Source of the DNA: Patescibacteria group bacterium
GTDB lineage: Bacteria; Patescibacteriota; Patescibacteriia; Patescibacteriales; UBA12465
Assembly (NCBI GenBank): GCA_041661685.1
Contig: JBAZTY010000001.1
Span: 256,691-320,690 of the forward strand
Length of the DNA stretch: 64,000 nucleotides
Direction: 5' to 3'
The notes under the pieces are model-generated. The model worked only from the letters and a program-made list of their open reading frames with translations, ran no database searches and was not told the DNA's origin. The translations under genes and the position numbers were made by a program. Shown piece by piece: positions 10,046-18,158 of this stretch (position 1 is the first letter of the stretch; every line of letters begins with the position of its first letter).

Positions 10046-10930
10046 ATGAAAAGAAAATTATTCTTATTTTTGTTTCTGATTATCGTTTACGGCGCTAAAG
10101 CGCAGAATGATTTCAGAAACCGTATGAATGTTTCCTTATTCGGCGGCTATTTTGCTGAACAGCAAAATGCCAACAATAATGGAAACTATTACGGTGCTTA
10201 CTTAGATTACCAGGCGTTGAAAACTTGGAGCGGCTGGTCTTTAGGACCATATCTGATCTATAACCGTTCGGGTTTTGACAAGAATCTCATCCCTTACAGC
10301 GCTAATAGCACTGAAATGGGCGGAGGATTCACCCTGGGGTATTATTCGGAGTATCTTACATCTTCGTATGCGATGTTTACGGGGCTCAACCTCGGCTACA
10401 AGCATTGCGAAGAGTCAGGCGAAAGCTTGGTGCTCCATGGCCCTAAGAAAGGACATTACCTAGGCAAACAAACCGACCATATGCTTAGTGGCTCTATCAA
10501 CAGCAATCTGATAAAGACCTGGGGGCGATGGCCGAAACTATTTCCTCGAACGCAACTAATACTAGGCTTTCAAATGCCATTGCGATCGGAGAAAAAAGCC
10601 TATTGGAACGAGACTTTAATTCCGGACTCTACTTACAAGCCCTGGGACAAGACATTCTATGATGTTTTCTTGAAACAGAGCTTGGCAGACTGGGCCTGGG
10701 GTAAAAATCTTTACTGTTCGCCGAAGCTAGTAACTTACTATAGCTATAGCTGCGGCAATTCAGCGGGAAACAGAAGCCTCTACGCCGTCGGCGCAGAAAT
10801 CTCCTGGCATAAGCCGGGGAAAGACGATTGGCTCGCTTTGAACCTATTATATAAGTTCGATAACGATCCGTTGAAACGCAGCTTCGCTTTTGGAGCAAGT
10901 TTCAATATTGGAACATTAATTAGTAAATAG
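10046..10930 (+). CDS. secreted beta-barrel-like protein (porin/OMP-like pattern), function unknown
   Basis: Signal peptide MKRKLFLFLFLIIVYGAKA-QN. Rich in Gly/Tyr/Asn/Ser with alternating hydrophobic dipeptides (FGGYF, GGGFTLGYY, GLNLGYK, YAVGAEISW, FAFGASFNIG). No HMM check was done. Confidence 0.45.
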   Translation: MKRKLFLFLFLIIVYGAKAQNDFRNRMNVSLFGGYFAEQQNANNNGNYYGAYLDYQALKTWSGWSLGPYLIYNRSGFDKNLIPYSANSTEMGGGFTLGYYSEYLTSSYAMFTGLNLGYKHCEESGESLVLHGPKKGHYLGKQTDHMLSGSINSNLIKTWGRWPKLFPRTQLILGFQMPLRSEKKAYWNETLIPDSTYKPWDKTFYDVFLKQSLADWAWGKNLYCSPKLVTYYSYSCGNSAGNRSLYAVGAEISWHKPGKDDWLALNLLYKFDNDPLKRSFAFGASFNIGTLISK

Positions 10931-10954
10931 TAAACAACCAAAAAAAGAATAAAA

Positions 10955-11788
10955 ATGAGAAATCTAGTGACCGCATCGCTTATAGTAATGATGATCATTA
11001 CTATGTCTTCCTGCCAATATTTCAACGGGGGAGACCAGAAGAAACAAGAACCAGCAACTTCGACAGTGACAGCCAAGGATCCGATCGATCTTCTAATTGA
11101 GAAGAAAGGTAAATTGGAAAAACTGGCAATCGAAGCCTCGATCAATGAAAAAAATGCCAGCTTGGTTAAAGAGCAAGTAACCAAAGAATTAGAACAATTA
11201 ATGGCCAAAGAGGAGATCTTAAAAGTCTTAAAGACATCTAATTCTATTAGTGATTGCTCAAAAGAAGCTCGGCTCGCAGATTCGCTAAAAAGAATAAACA
11301 AAGCCAAGGAAGCTACTATCGAATCTTTGAGAAAGAAATCTGAATATTGGAAGAATAAGACAAAAGAGCTTCTTGATAAAGAAAGTACATCCGTTCAAAA
11401 AAGCGTGGTGAGCGAAGAGGTTGTCAATACGACTAGCACTACAGACGTTTCCGGCTCTAGTGTCGGAGGTCCAAAGATCTTAGCCGAATTTTCTATCCAT
11501 GTTGGAAACAATCGTTTCTGGCCGCATGTAGCTATGGAAGAATTGCATAAGTCATACGCCGAAGCCGAACTAAACGGCCCGGGGAATGGCTATAATATCA
11601 AGCTAAGAACGGCCAATTCCGACTTATTTGGGAACTACGGCGTAACAACTGACGGTACGATTTATGTCGCCGCCACTGAACTTGATGGCATACTACAAAT
11701 CAAAACACCCGAAATAACCTCCAGCCAAACAGGTTGGATGTTGAAACAAATGGAAAAAGTAGGAGGCTTCTACGTTTTCCATCAATAG
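10955..11788 (+). CDS. lipoprotein, coiled-coil N-terminal half, unknown function
   Basis: Lipobox-like ITMSSC followed by QYF. The K/E-rich central region looks like a coiled coil. Starts 24 nt after the beta-barrel-like gene. Confidence 0.6.
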   Translation: MRNLVTASLIVMMIITMSSCQYFNGGDQKKQEPATSTVTAKDPIDLLIEKKGKLEKLAIEASINEKNASLVKEQVTKELEQLMAKEEILKVLKTSNSISDCSKEARLADSLKRINKAKEATIESLRKKSEYWKNKTKELLDKESTSVQKSVVSEEVVNTTSTTDVSGSSVGGPKILAEFSIHVGNNRFWPHVAMEELHKSYAEAELNGPGNGYNIKLRTANSDLFGNYGVTTDGTIYVAATELDGILQIKTPEITSSQTGWMLKQMEKVGGFYVFHQ

Positions 11789-11814
11789 GGGACAAGAACA
11801 ACTTTGTCCTAACA

Positions 11815-11841
11815 AACCCTTGCCAAAAGCAGGGGTTTTTT
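11815..11841 (+). terminator. rho-independent terminator
   Basis: Stem AACCCTTGC / GCAGGGGTT (one G-U pair), loop CAAAA, then T6. Confidence 0.8.
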
Positions 11842-11895
11842 ATATATCTTTAATATTAGCCAATTTTTATTATAAGATTTTATTGCCTTTATTAC

Positions 11896-11924
11896 TTGAC
11901 AAATAAATTATTATATATTACAAT
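11896..11924 (+). promoter_or_regulatory. sigma70-type promoter for the GT4 and PKD-lipoprotein unit
   Basis: TTGACA (11896-11901), 17-nt spacer, TACAAT (11919-11924). Confidence 0.6.
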
Positions 11925-11964
11925 ATTCAGTTAATATAATATTCATGCTGACAATGAAAAACCT

Positions 11965-13071
11965 ATGAGAATCGCCTTTATCGGACAAAAGGGAATACCG
12001 GCCAAAAATGGCGGTGTTGAAAAATATGTAGAGAATTTGGCCATTAACCTAGCCGCTTCCGGCCAGGATGTTTTAGTATACAATCGCCGGAATTATCTGC
12101 CGGCCCAGCTTCAGGAATTCAAAGGGGTCAAGATAATCAACCTTCCCGGCCTGCGCTCTAAAAATCTTGAAGCTATCTCCCATACTTTTCTAGCTTGCTT
12201 AGACGTCCTCTTCCGTAAAGTCGATATAATCCATTTCCAATCGATCGGGCCGGCTTCTTTGATGTGGTTAATAAAACTGCTCAAACCTAACACTACGATC
12301 GTCTTCACCTTCCATTGCCAAGATTATTACCACCAGAAATGGGGCTTCTTCGCCCGCCGCTATCTGCGCTTCGGCGAAAGAATCGGATGTTTATTCGCCG
12401 ACAAAATTATTACCGTTTCTAAAGAATTGACAGAATATGCAGCCCGCGAATACAAGAAGGATCCTATCTATATTCCGAATGGCGCCAATCCTGTAGAAAA
12501 AACGCCAGTCCGAGAAATAAGACGCTGGGGCTTAGAAGAAAAAAATTATATCGTCTATATCGGCCGCTTGGTGCGCCATAAAGGCGTTCATTATCTAATT
12601 GAAGCCTATAAGCGTCTGGAGACGGACAAGAAATTAGTGATTGTCGGTGAAGGCTCTTACACTGATGACTACGTGGCCGATTTGCAGAAACTGACCGGAG
12701 ACGATAATAATATAATCTTTACCGGAAATCAGACCGGGAGGATCTTATCCGAACTGTATTCCAACGCTTACATATTCGTCCAGCCTTCTGAGAGCGAGGG
12801 GTTATCTATCGCCTTATTGGAAGCGATGGCCTATAAGACTGCCTGCCTAGTAAGCGATATCCGCGCTAATTTAGAAGCGATAGGGCCGGCAGGATTAGTT
12901 TTTGCCAATAAGGATGCGAACGATCTGAGCTTGAAGCTGCAAACTGCCCTAGATAATCCGGAAAAAATAATGGAAAAGGCCAACGAAGGCTTCGAGAGAG
13001 TGAAGAGGGAATTTAATTGGCGCGATATTTCCGATAAGGTTCTGGACGTTTACAAAAGCCTAAAAAAGTAA
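11965..13071 (+). CDS. glycosyltransferase family 4 (DUF1972-type N-terminus)
   Basis: MRIAFIGQKGIPAKNGGVEKYVENL at the N-terminus and FVQPSESEGLSIALLEAMAYKTACLVSD at the C-terminus. Confidence 0.85.
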   Translation: MRIAFIGQKGIPAKNGGVEKYVENLAINLAASGQDVLVYNRRNYLPAQLQEFKGVKIINLPGLRSKNLEAISHTFLACLDVLFRKVDIIHFQSIGPASLMWLIKLLKPNTTIVFTFHCQDYYHQKWGFFARRYLRFGERIGCLFADKIITVSKELTEYAAREYKKDPIYIPNGANPVEKTPVREIRRWGLEEKNYIVYIGRLVRHKGVHYLIEAYKRLETDKKLVIVGEGSYTDDYVADLQKLTGDDNNIIFTGNQTGRILSELYSNAYIFVQPSESEGLSIALLEAMAYKTACLVSDIRANLEAIGPAGLVFANKDANDLSLKLQTALDNPEKIMEKANEGFERVKREFNWRDISDKVLDVYKSLKK

Positions 13072-13129
13072 CCAAATAAATTAATATATTTGCAGAGTAC
13101 GTTTACAACTTAATTTAAATCGATAAGTC

Positions 13130-14299
13130 ATGAGAAAAAAAACAGTTTTTATGCCTGTGGCTATAGCTTTAGCTTTGGTATTCTTGATGTTCGGATGTGA
13201 AAAACAATCATATCACGAACTGAAAGACGATGAGAATTCGCCAGAAATCCGGATGAAAGTAGGGCAAAAAGTAGTCGGAGTGGATGATACGCTATTAGTA
13301 GAACGCGGGGTTTCGGTAAGCTTCTTGGCTATTTCCAATGGTCCTAACATCGTAACTTGGCAATGGACTTTCGCCGACGGCAGCGCCTTCGGCCCTAACA
13401 CCAGCCATACCTTCAAAGGAGAATATTTCTCTGTTACGGAAGTAAGATTGATTGGTGTCGCTGACGACGACCAGACCTATCAAAGGATCTTGCAAGTCAA
13501 AATCTTGCCCGCTCTTGATGGATTGCCAGCGGTCAAAGAAATTTCCAGCACGCCGCTAGGAGGAGGCATATTCCGCATAGTCATGGCCTTGAATAAAGCT
13601 GCCATGAAGACGAAAGGCGATTTCTTCTACATTGGAGACGTTACGGCCACTGACTGGGTAGCTACCCTGATTCCAGCAGCCGATACGAACTTCTATGTGA
13701 TTAATAACGCTCTTGTTCTTCCTACGAATACCGCAGAAATCGCTAAATTCGTGGCTGTCAGGACGATACTGACGCCAGGAGAATATCAGCTGGGAGTGGG
13801 ACGAATATCTGGAGGGAACCAATACTGGGGAATATATTGGGGAGACTTCGTGAATCCTTCTAACCCGACTTTGATTAAATTCAAAGTTGATATTAGTGGA
13901 AATGTCACTGCTAATGCCAATGCCGTGGTAGTTAATCTGCCTGGCACATCGGGAGACCAGGGAGTGGATGCCGTAATCAGAATGGACCAAAAAATAGATT
14001 CCTTGGTTCTATATATTAACAATCAAGCGCCATTCTCCGGTCTCTCGCCATTCGTTGTCCTTCAAGACAGCGTCGGAAACTGGTCTGCGCCGCTGCTAGA
14101 AACACCTGTCACCGGCTTTGCTAATTGGGGTATGCGAAAAATCGCCTACACCGATATGCCGATGAATTATGAACTAGTCTTTAAAGCTGGTTCTAATTCT
14201 GCTAGCCCGACGATCTTTAATGCTAACCAATCGCTATCCAGCTATTGGGATCCATATTTCGGAGTCCTGAAAATAGGATTGGCAATCTCGGACCATTAA
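13130..14299 (+). CDS. lipoprotein with PKD-like domain
   Basis: Lipobox LMFGC. The segment VSFLAISNGPNIVTWQWTFADGSAFGPNTSHTFKGEYFSVTEVRLIG fits a PKD fold signature (WxFGDG-like). Confidence 0.65.
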   Translation: MRKKTVFMPVAIALALVFLMFGCEKQSYHELKDDENSPEIRMKVGQKVVGVDDTLLVERGVSVSFLAISNGPNIVTWQWTFADGSAFGPNTSHTFKGEYFSVTEVRLIGVADDDQTYQRILQVKILPALDGLPAVKEISSTPLGGGIFRIVMALNKAAMKTKGDFFYIGDVTATDWVATLIPAADTNFYVINNALVLPTNTAEIAKFVAVRTILTPGEYQLGVGRISGGNQYWGIYWGDFVNPSNPTLIKFKVDISGNVTANANAVVVNLPGTSGDQGVDAVIRMDQKIDSLVLYINNQAPFSGLSPFVVLQDSVGNWSAPLLETPVTGFANWGMRKIAYTDMPMNYELVFKAGSNSASPTIFNANQSLSSYWDPYFGVLKIGLAISDH

Positions 14300-14328
14300 A
14301 CCCATTAAACAGAGAAATACCAATTTCT

Positions 14329-14358
14329 AAAAGCCCTGACTCAACACCAGGGCTTTTT
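14329..14358. terminator. bidirectional rho-independent terminator
   Basis: AAAAGCCCTG, 9-nt loop, CAGGGCTTTT. It lies between convergent genes. Confidence 0.85.
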
Positions 14359-14399
14359 CATTTGGTAAAACACTAAATAATTTCTAAATCGGCTTTATC

Positions 14400-15362
14400 T
14401 TATATCCACCTCTTGCCCTTGAAGAACGCCAACATTCCGATAGAGCAAAGGAGCATCAAACCCAAAATCATCCAAAAACCTAAAGGATGATCGACAAAAG
14501 GCATATACTTGGCATTCATGCCGAAGATAGCGGCCAATAAAGTCAGCGGGAAAACAATCACAGAAAAAATAGTCAAAGTCTTCATGATATCGGTCATCCG
14601 GTCGTTGAGAATCGACTCATTCGTGCTATTTAGCACTTCGATCATCTCTTTCTGGTTGTCCAGCATCTCCCAGATGCGCTTAGAGTGCTCGACTAAGACG
14701 GAATAGTATTTCTTGACCATAGCTCTTTCTACCAAGCTGCTTTCCATATCCATCAGATTCTGCAGGATATTCTTATGATTCTGCATGATCTTGCGGATAT
14801 TGATGATATTGCGGCGGAAAGTCATAATCTTCTCGACAGCCTTCTTCTGCTGCCGCTCGAAAATAAGATCCTCGATTTCATTCAATTTCACACTGCTATC
14901 GTCGAGCAACTGGAAACAGTCATCCATCAGATGGCCCAAAACTTCATAGAGAAGTATAGCCGACGATTCCAAGGAATAAGAGAGCAGGGAGTCGGGGCTT
15001 TTCTTGCCCAGCGAAAAGAAATGAGTCAGGGCTTTTAGGGTATTATTATGGACAGTAATCAGGTAGCCGTGGCCGACAAAGAAATCGACCTCGCTAGCGA
15101 CGATATTTTCACCTTTAAAAGTCGGAAAATGGAGCACTAAGCAGAGATAATCATCACCTTTGAAGATCATCGGGCGCTGGAAAGAGACGGAAGCGGCCGC
15201 CGCTTTCAGATGAATCAGATTGAAATTATAATTCTTGCGCAGATAGTCAATCTCGTTCTTACCGGCATTGATTATATTCACCCATTTGACCGAAGGAGTG
15301 GTCCGCGGGTTATCGATCTTGATCTCCTCGATCCGATCGGTAATTCTTTTATAATAAGCCAT
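14400..15362 (-). CDS. corA: magnesium/cobalt transporter CorA
   Basis: 320 aa with two C-terminal TM helices and the GMN signature (AAIFGMNAKYMP). Confidence 0.9.
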   Translation of the reverse strand: MAYYKRITDRIEEIKIDNPRTTPSVKWVNIINAGKNEIDYLRKNYNFNLIHLKAAAASVSFQRPMIFKGDDYLCLVLHFPTFKGENIVASEVDFFVGHGYLITVHNNTLKALTHFFSLGKKSPDSLLSYSLESSAILLYEVLGHLMDDCFQLLDDSSVKLNEIEDLIFERQQKKAVEKIMTFRRNIINIRKIMQNHKNILQNLMDMESSLVERAMVKKYYSVLVEHSKRIWEMLDNQKEMIEVLNSTNESILNDRMTDIMKTLTIFSVIVFPLTLLAAIFGMNAKYMPFVDHPLGFWMILGLMLLCSIGMLAFFKGKRWI

Positions 15363-15454
15363 AAATGAAACAAATAAAACTTTGACTTAAGCTGATTTTT
15401 ATAATAAAATTAAGATATAATCATGAAAACTTTCTGATGTCATTATTATAACAT

Positions 15455-16648
15455 ATGGTCAATGTTTTGGGAATAAATTTAAGCGCCGTGGATCGTGGGG
15501 AGGTTCTAAAAAGAATCGGCCGGTTCTTAAACGACGGCGGCCAGCATTATATCGTCACCCCCAATCCGGAAATAATTCTCAAATCTCACAAAGACGAGGA
15601 GTTTTTTTATATCTTGAATAAAGCCGCTTTGTCTCTAGCTGACGGCTTCGGCATCAAGCTGGCTGGCTTCATTATCGGCCAGAAAATTCCGCGCCTGACC
15701 GGGGCTGATTTGACTTTAGACTTATTAGCGCTCGCCCGCGAAAAAAAATTAAGAATCTTAGTTATAAATCGCGAAGGCGGCCTCTCCCAGCAGACAGCCA
15801 TCAAGGAGGCCTTAGCTAAAAAGTATCCCGGCTTAGAAGCTTTAGTCGTTGACCGGCATCGCGCTCAGCCGCTTGACCATGAACTGAATGAAAAAATAAA
15901 GGCCTTCGCGCCCGTGATTTTCTTTTCTACTTTCGGCGCGCCCGCTCAAGAAAAATTCATCTATCATAATCTCCATAAAATTCCGAGCGTCAAGATCGCT
16001 ATCGGCGTCGGCGGCGCTTTCGATTTCATCACCGGCAAGATCAAGCGCGCGCCGAGCTCCATGCGGCGCATCGGCTTAGAATGGCTCTGGCGCCTAATTC
16101 AGCAACCCAAACGAATCAAGCGTATCTATAACGCGACTGTGGTCTTTTCCGCGGTCTTACTCCGGTCAAAATTCAATCATTGGTTCTATCGGCCTAATGT
16201 CGCCTGCTTCTTATATAGAGAAACTAGGAACGGAAAAGAAGTCTTGATAGTGGAAAGAGAAGACGACCCCGGTCATTGGCAATTGCCGCAAGGCGGAACC
16301 GATGGCGAGCCGTTAGAAAAAGCTGGCGCGCGTGAGCTCAGAGAGGAGCTCAATACCGATAAGTTCATTATGAAGGCTGCCTTTGAAAAAACTTATAGCT
16401 ATCTTTTTCCGCCAGTCAGCCAGCAGAGCCCCAAATCCCTACAGCGCCGTTATATCTTTGATTATAAGGGGCAGAGGCAGGGCTTATTCATCGCCGAGTT
16501 CACCGGCCAAGACGAGGATATTAAAGTAAATTTCTGGGATCATTCCGCTTGGCGCTGGGTAGACATGCATGACCTGGTCACGAGCGTTCATCCGCGTCGC
16601 CGCGAGGCCGCGCAGATATTCTTAGCAAAATTTTATTCCTTAAAGTAG
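15455..16648 (+). CDS. WecB/TagA/CpsF-family (GT26) glycosyltransferase fused to a NUDIX hydrolase domain
   Basis: The N-terminal ~240 aa carry VTPNPEI, LADGFG, FGAPAQEKF and GVGGAFDFITGKIKRAP...GLEWLWRL (GT26). The C-terminal ~150 aa carry a Nudix box, WQLPQGGTDGEPLEKAGARELREELN. Confidence 0.8.
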   Translation: MVNVLGINLSAVDRGEVLKRIGRFLNDGGQHYIVTPNPEIILKSHKDEEFFYILNKAALSLADGFGIKLAGFIIGQKIPRLTGADLTLDLLALAREKKLRILVINREGGLSQQTAIKEALAKKYPGLEALVVDRHRAQPLDHELNEKIKAFAPVIFFSTFGAPAQEKFIYHNLHKIPSVKIAIGVGGAFDFITGKIKRAPSSMRRIGLEWLWRLIQQPKRIKRIYNATVVFSAVLLRSKFNHWFYRPNVACFLYRETRNGKEVLIVEREDDPGHWQLPQGGTDGEPLEKAGARELREELNTDKFIMKAAFEKTYSYLFPPVSQQSPKSLQRRYIFDYKGQRQGLFIAEFTGQDEDIKVNFWDHSAWRWVDMHDLVTSVHPRRREAAQIFLAKFYSLK

Positions 16649-16669
16649 CCATAAAAATAACATTAAAAT

Positions 16670-18139
16670 ATGTTCACATCCTTATTTGGTCGTCAAAACC
16701 ATAAACCGCGCTTACGCTTCGCTCCTTCTCCGACCGGCTTCCTGCATATCGGTAATTTTCGCAGCGCTTTATTCGGCTACCTATTAGCCAAGAGCCAAGG
16801 CGGCGATTTCATATTGCGCATCGAAGACACTGACCAGAAAAGAGAAGTGGCCGGCGCAGTCGACAGCCTATTTAGGCTTTTTAAGACCATGAATATGGAG
16901 TTTGACGAGGGGCCGCATATCGGCGGAAAATACGGGCCGTATGTCCAGACACAACGCTTAGATATCTACAAAAAATATTCCGATCAGCTCTTAAAAGAAG
17001 GGAAGGCTTACCGCTGTTTTTGCAGCGAGGAGAGATTGACCGAAATGCGCACCGAGCAAGAAGCCAAGAAAGAAGCGCCGCGCTATGATCGGCGCTGCCG
17101 CGGCTTAAGCGCTGCCGCAGCCGAAGCTAAGGCCAAGGCTGGCGAAAAATTCGTTATCCGCCAGAAGATGCCGCTTGACGGAGAAGTAAAGGTTTATGAT
17201 GAATTGCGCGGCGAAATAACTTTCAAGGCAGCCGATCTCGATGATCATGTCCTGATAAAATCTGACGGCGTGCCGACTTATCAATTCGCCAATATCGTCG
17301 ACGACCATCTGATGAAAATCACGCAAGTGACCCGCGGCGACGAATGGCTCGGCTCATTCCCGAAGAATATCCTATTATATCAAGCTTTCGGCTGGACTCC
17401 GCCAAAATTCATCCACTTGCCGCTCATCCTAAATAAAGTCGGCGGCGGAAAGTTGAGCAAGCGCAAGGGCGATGTCTTTGTGGAAGATTACCTAGCTAAA
17501 GGCTACCTGCCAGAAGCGCTGATAAATTTCTGCGTGCTTCTGGGCTGGCATCCGAAGAGCGACCAAGAAATATGGAGTCTGGAAGAATTGAAGCGGGCTT
17601 TCTCGATCGCTGGCATGGGCGCAAGCCCGGCGGTCTTTGATACGGAAAAGCTAGATTATTATAATAGCTATTATCTGCGTCAAAAATCCGTTCCGGATCT
17701 GACTGAGCTTTGCCTGCCTTATCTTAAAGAAGCTGGCAGAGATATCAGTGATGCTGAAAAAATCAAGAAATTCGTGGCCCTGGCTCAAGACCGCCTGAAA
17801 ACTTTAAGCGAAATTGCGGCCGCTACCGCTTTCTTATTCGAACTCCCGGAATACGCGCCGGAATTACTATGCTGGAAAACTTTGACATTAGCAGACGCCA
17901 AAGCCAATCTGGCAACATTGAAGAAAGAATTGGAGAAAATTGCAGCTAATTCTTGGGATAAGGACTATCTGGAGAAGACTATCCTGGACTGGATAAAAGA
18001 AACGAACGGGAAGAACGGCGACTACCTCTGGCCGCTGCGCGTCGCGCTGACCGGACTAAAGAACAGCCCCAGTCCTTTCGAAGTCGCTGCTGCTCTGGGC
18101 AGGGAAGAAAGCTTGAATAGAATAAATATCATTAAATAA
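16670..18139 (+). CDS. gltX: glutamate--tRNA ligase
   Basis: HIGH-type motif PTGFLHIGNFRSALF and KMSKS-type motif KLSKRKG. 489 aa. Confidence 0.95.
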   Translation: MFTSLFGRQNHKPRLRFAPSPTGFLHIGNFRSALFGYLLAKSQGGDFILRIEDTDQKREVAGAVDSLFRLFKTMNMEFDEGPHIGGKYGPYVQTQRLDIYKKYSDQLLKEGKAYRCFCSEERLTEMRTEQEAKKEAPRYDRRCRGLSAAAAEAKAKAGEKFVIRQKMPLDGEVKVYDELRGEITFKAADLDDHVLIKSDGVPTYQFANIVDDHLMKITQVTRGDEWLGSFPKNILLYQAFGWTPPKFIHLPLILNKVGGGKLSKRKGDVFVEDYLAKGYLPEALINFCVLLGWHPKSDQEIWSLEELKRAFSIAGMGASPAVFDTEKLDYYNSYYLRQKSVPDLTELCLPYLKEAGRDISDAEKIKKFVALAQDRLKTLSEIAAATAFLFELPEYAPELLCWKTLTLADAKANLATLKKELEKIAANSWDKDYLEKTILDWIKETNGKNGDYLWPLRVALTGLKNSPSPFEVAAALGREESLNRINIIK

Positions 18140-18158
18140 TAATAGACGACAAATAACT

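Noticed and set aside
10046-14299. Recent horizontal transfer or contamination as the explanation for the Bacteroidota-style signal peptides and lipoproteins.
   Set aside because: By eye, GC content, codon preferences (TTA, GGC, ATC, GCC) and promoter and terminator style match the rest of the window. This needs k-mer and coverage confirmation, so it is kept only as a caveat in the finding.
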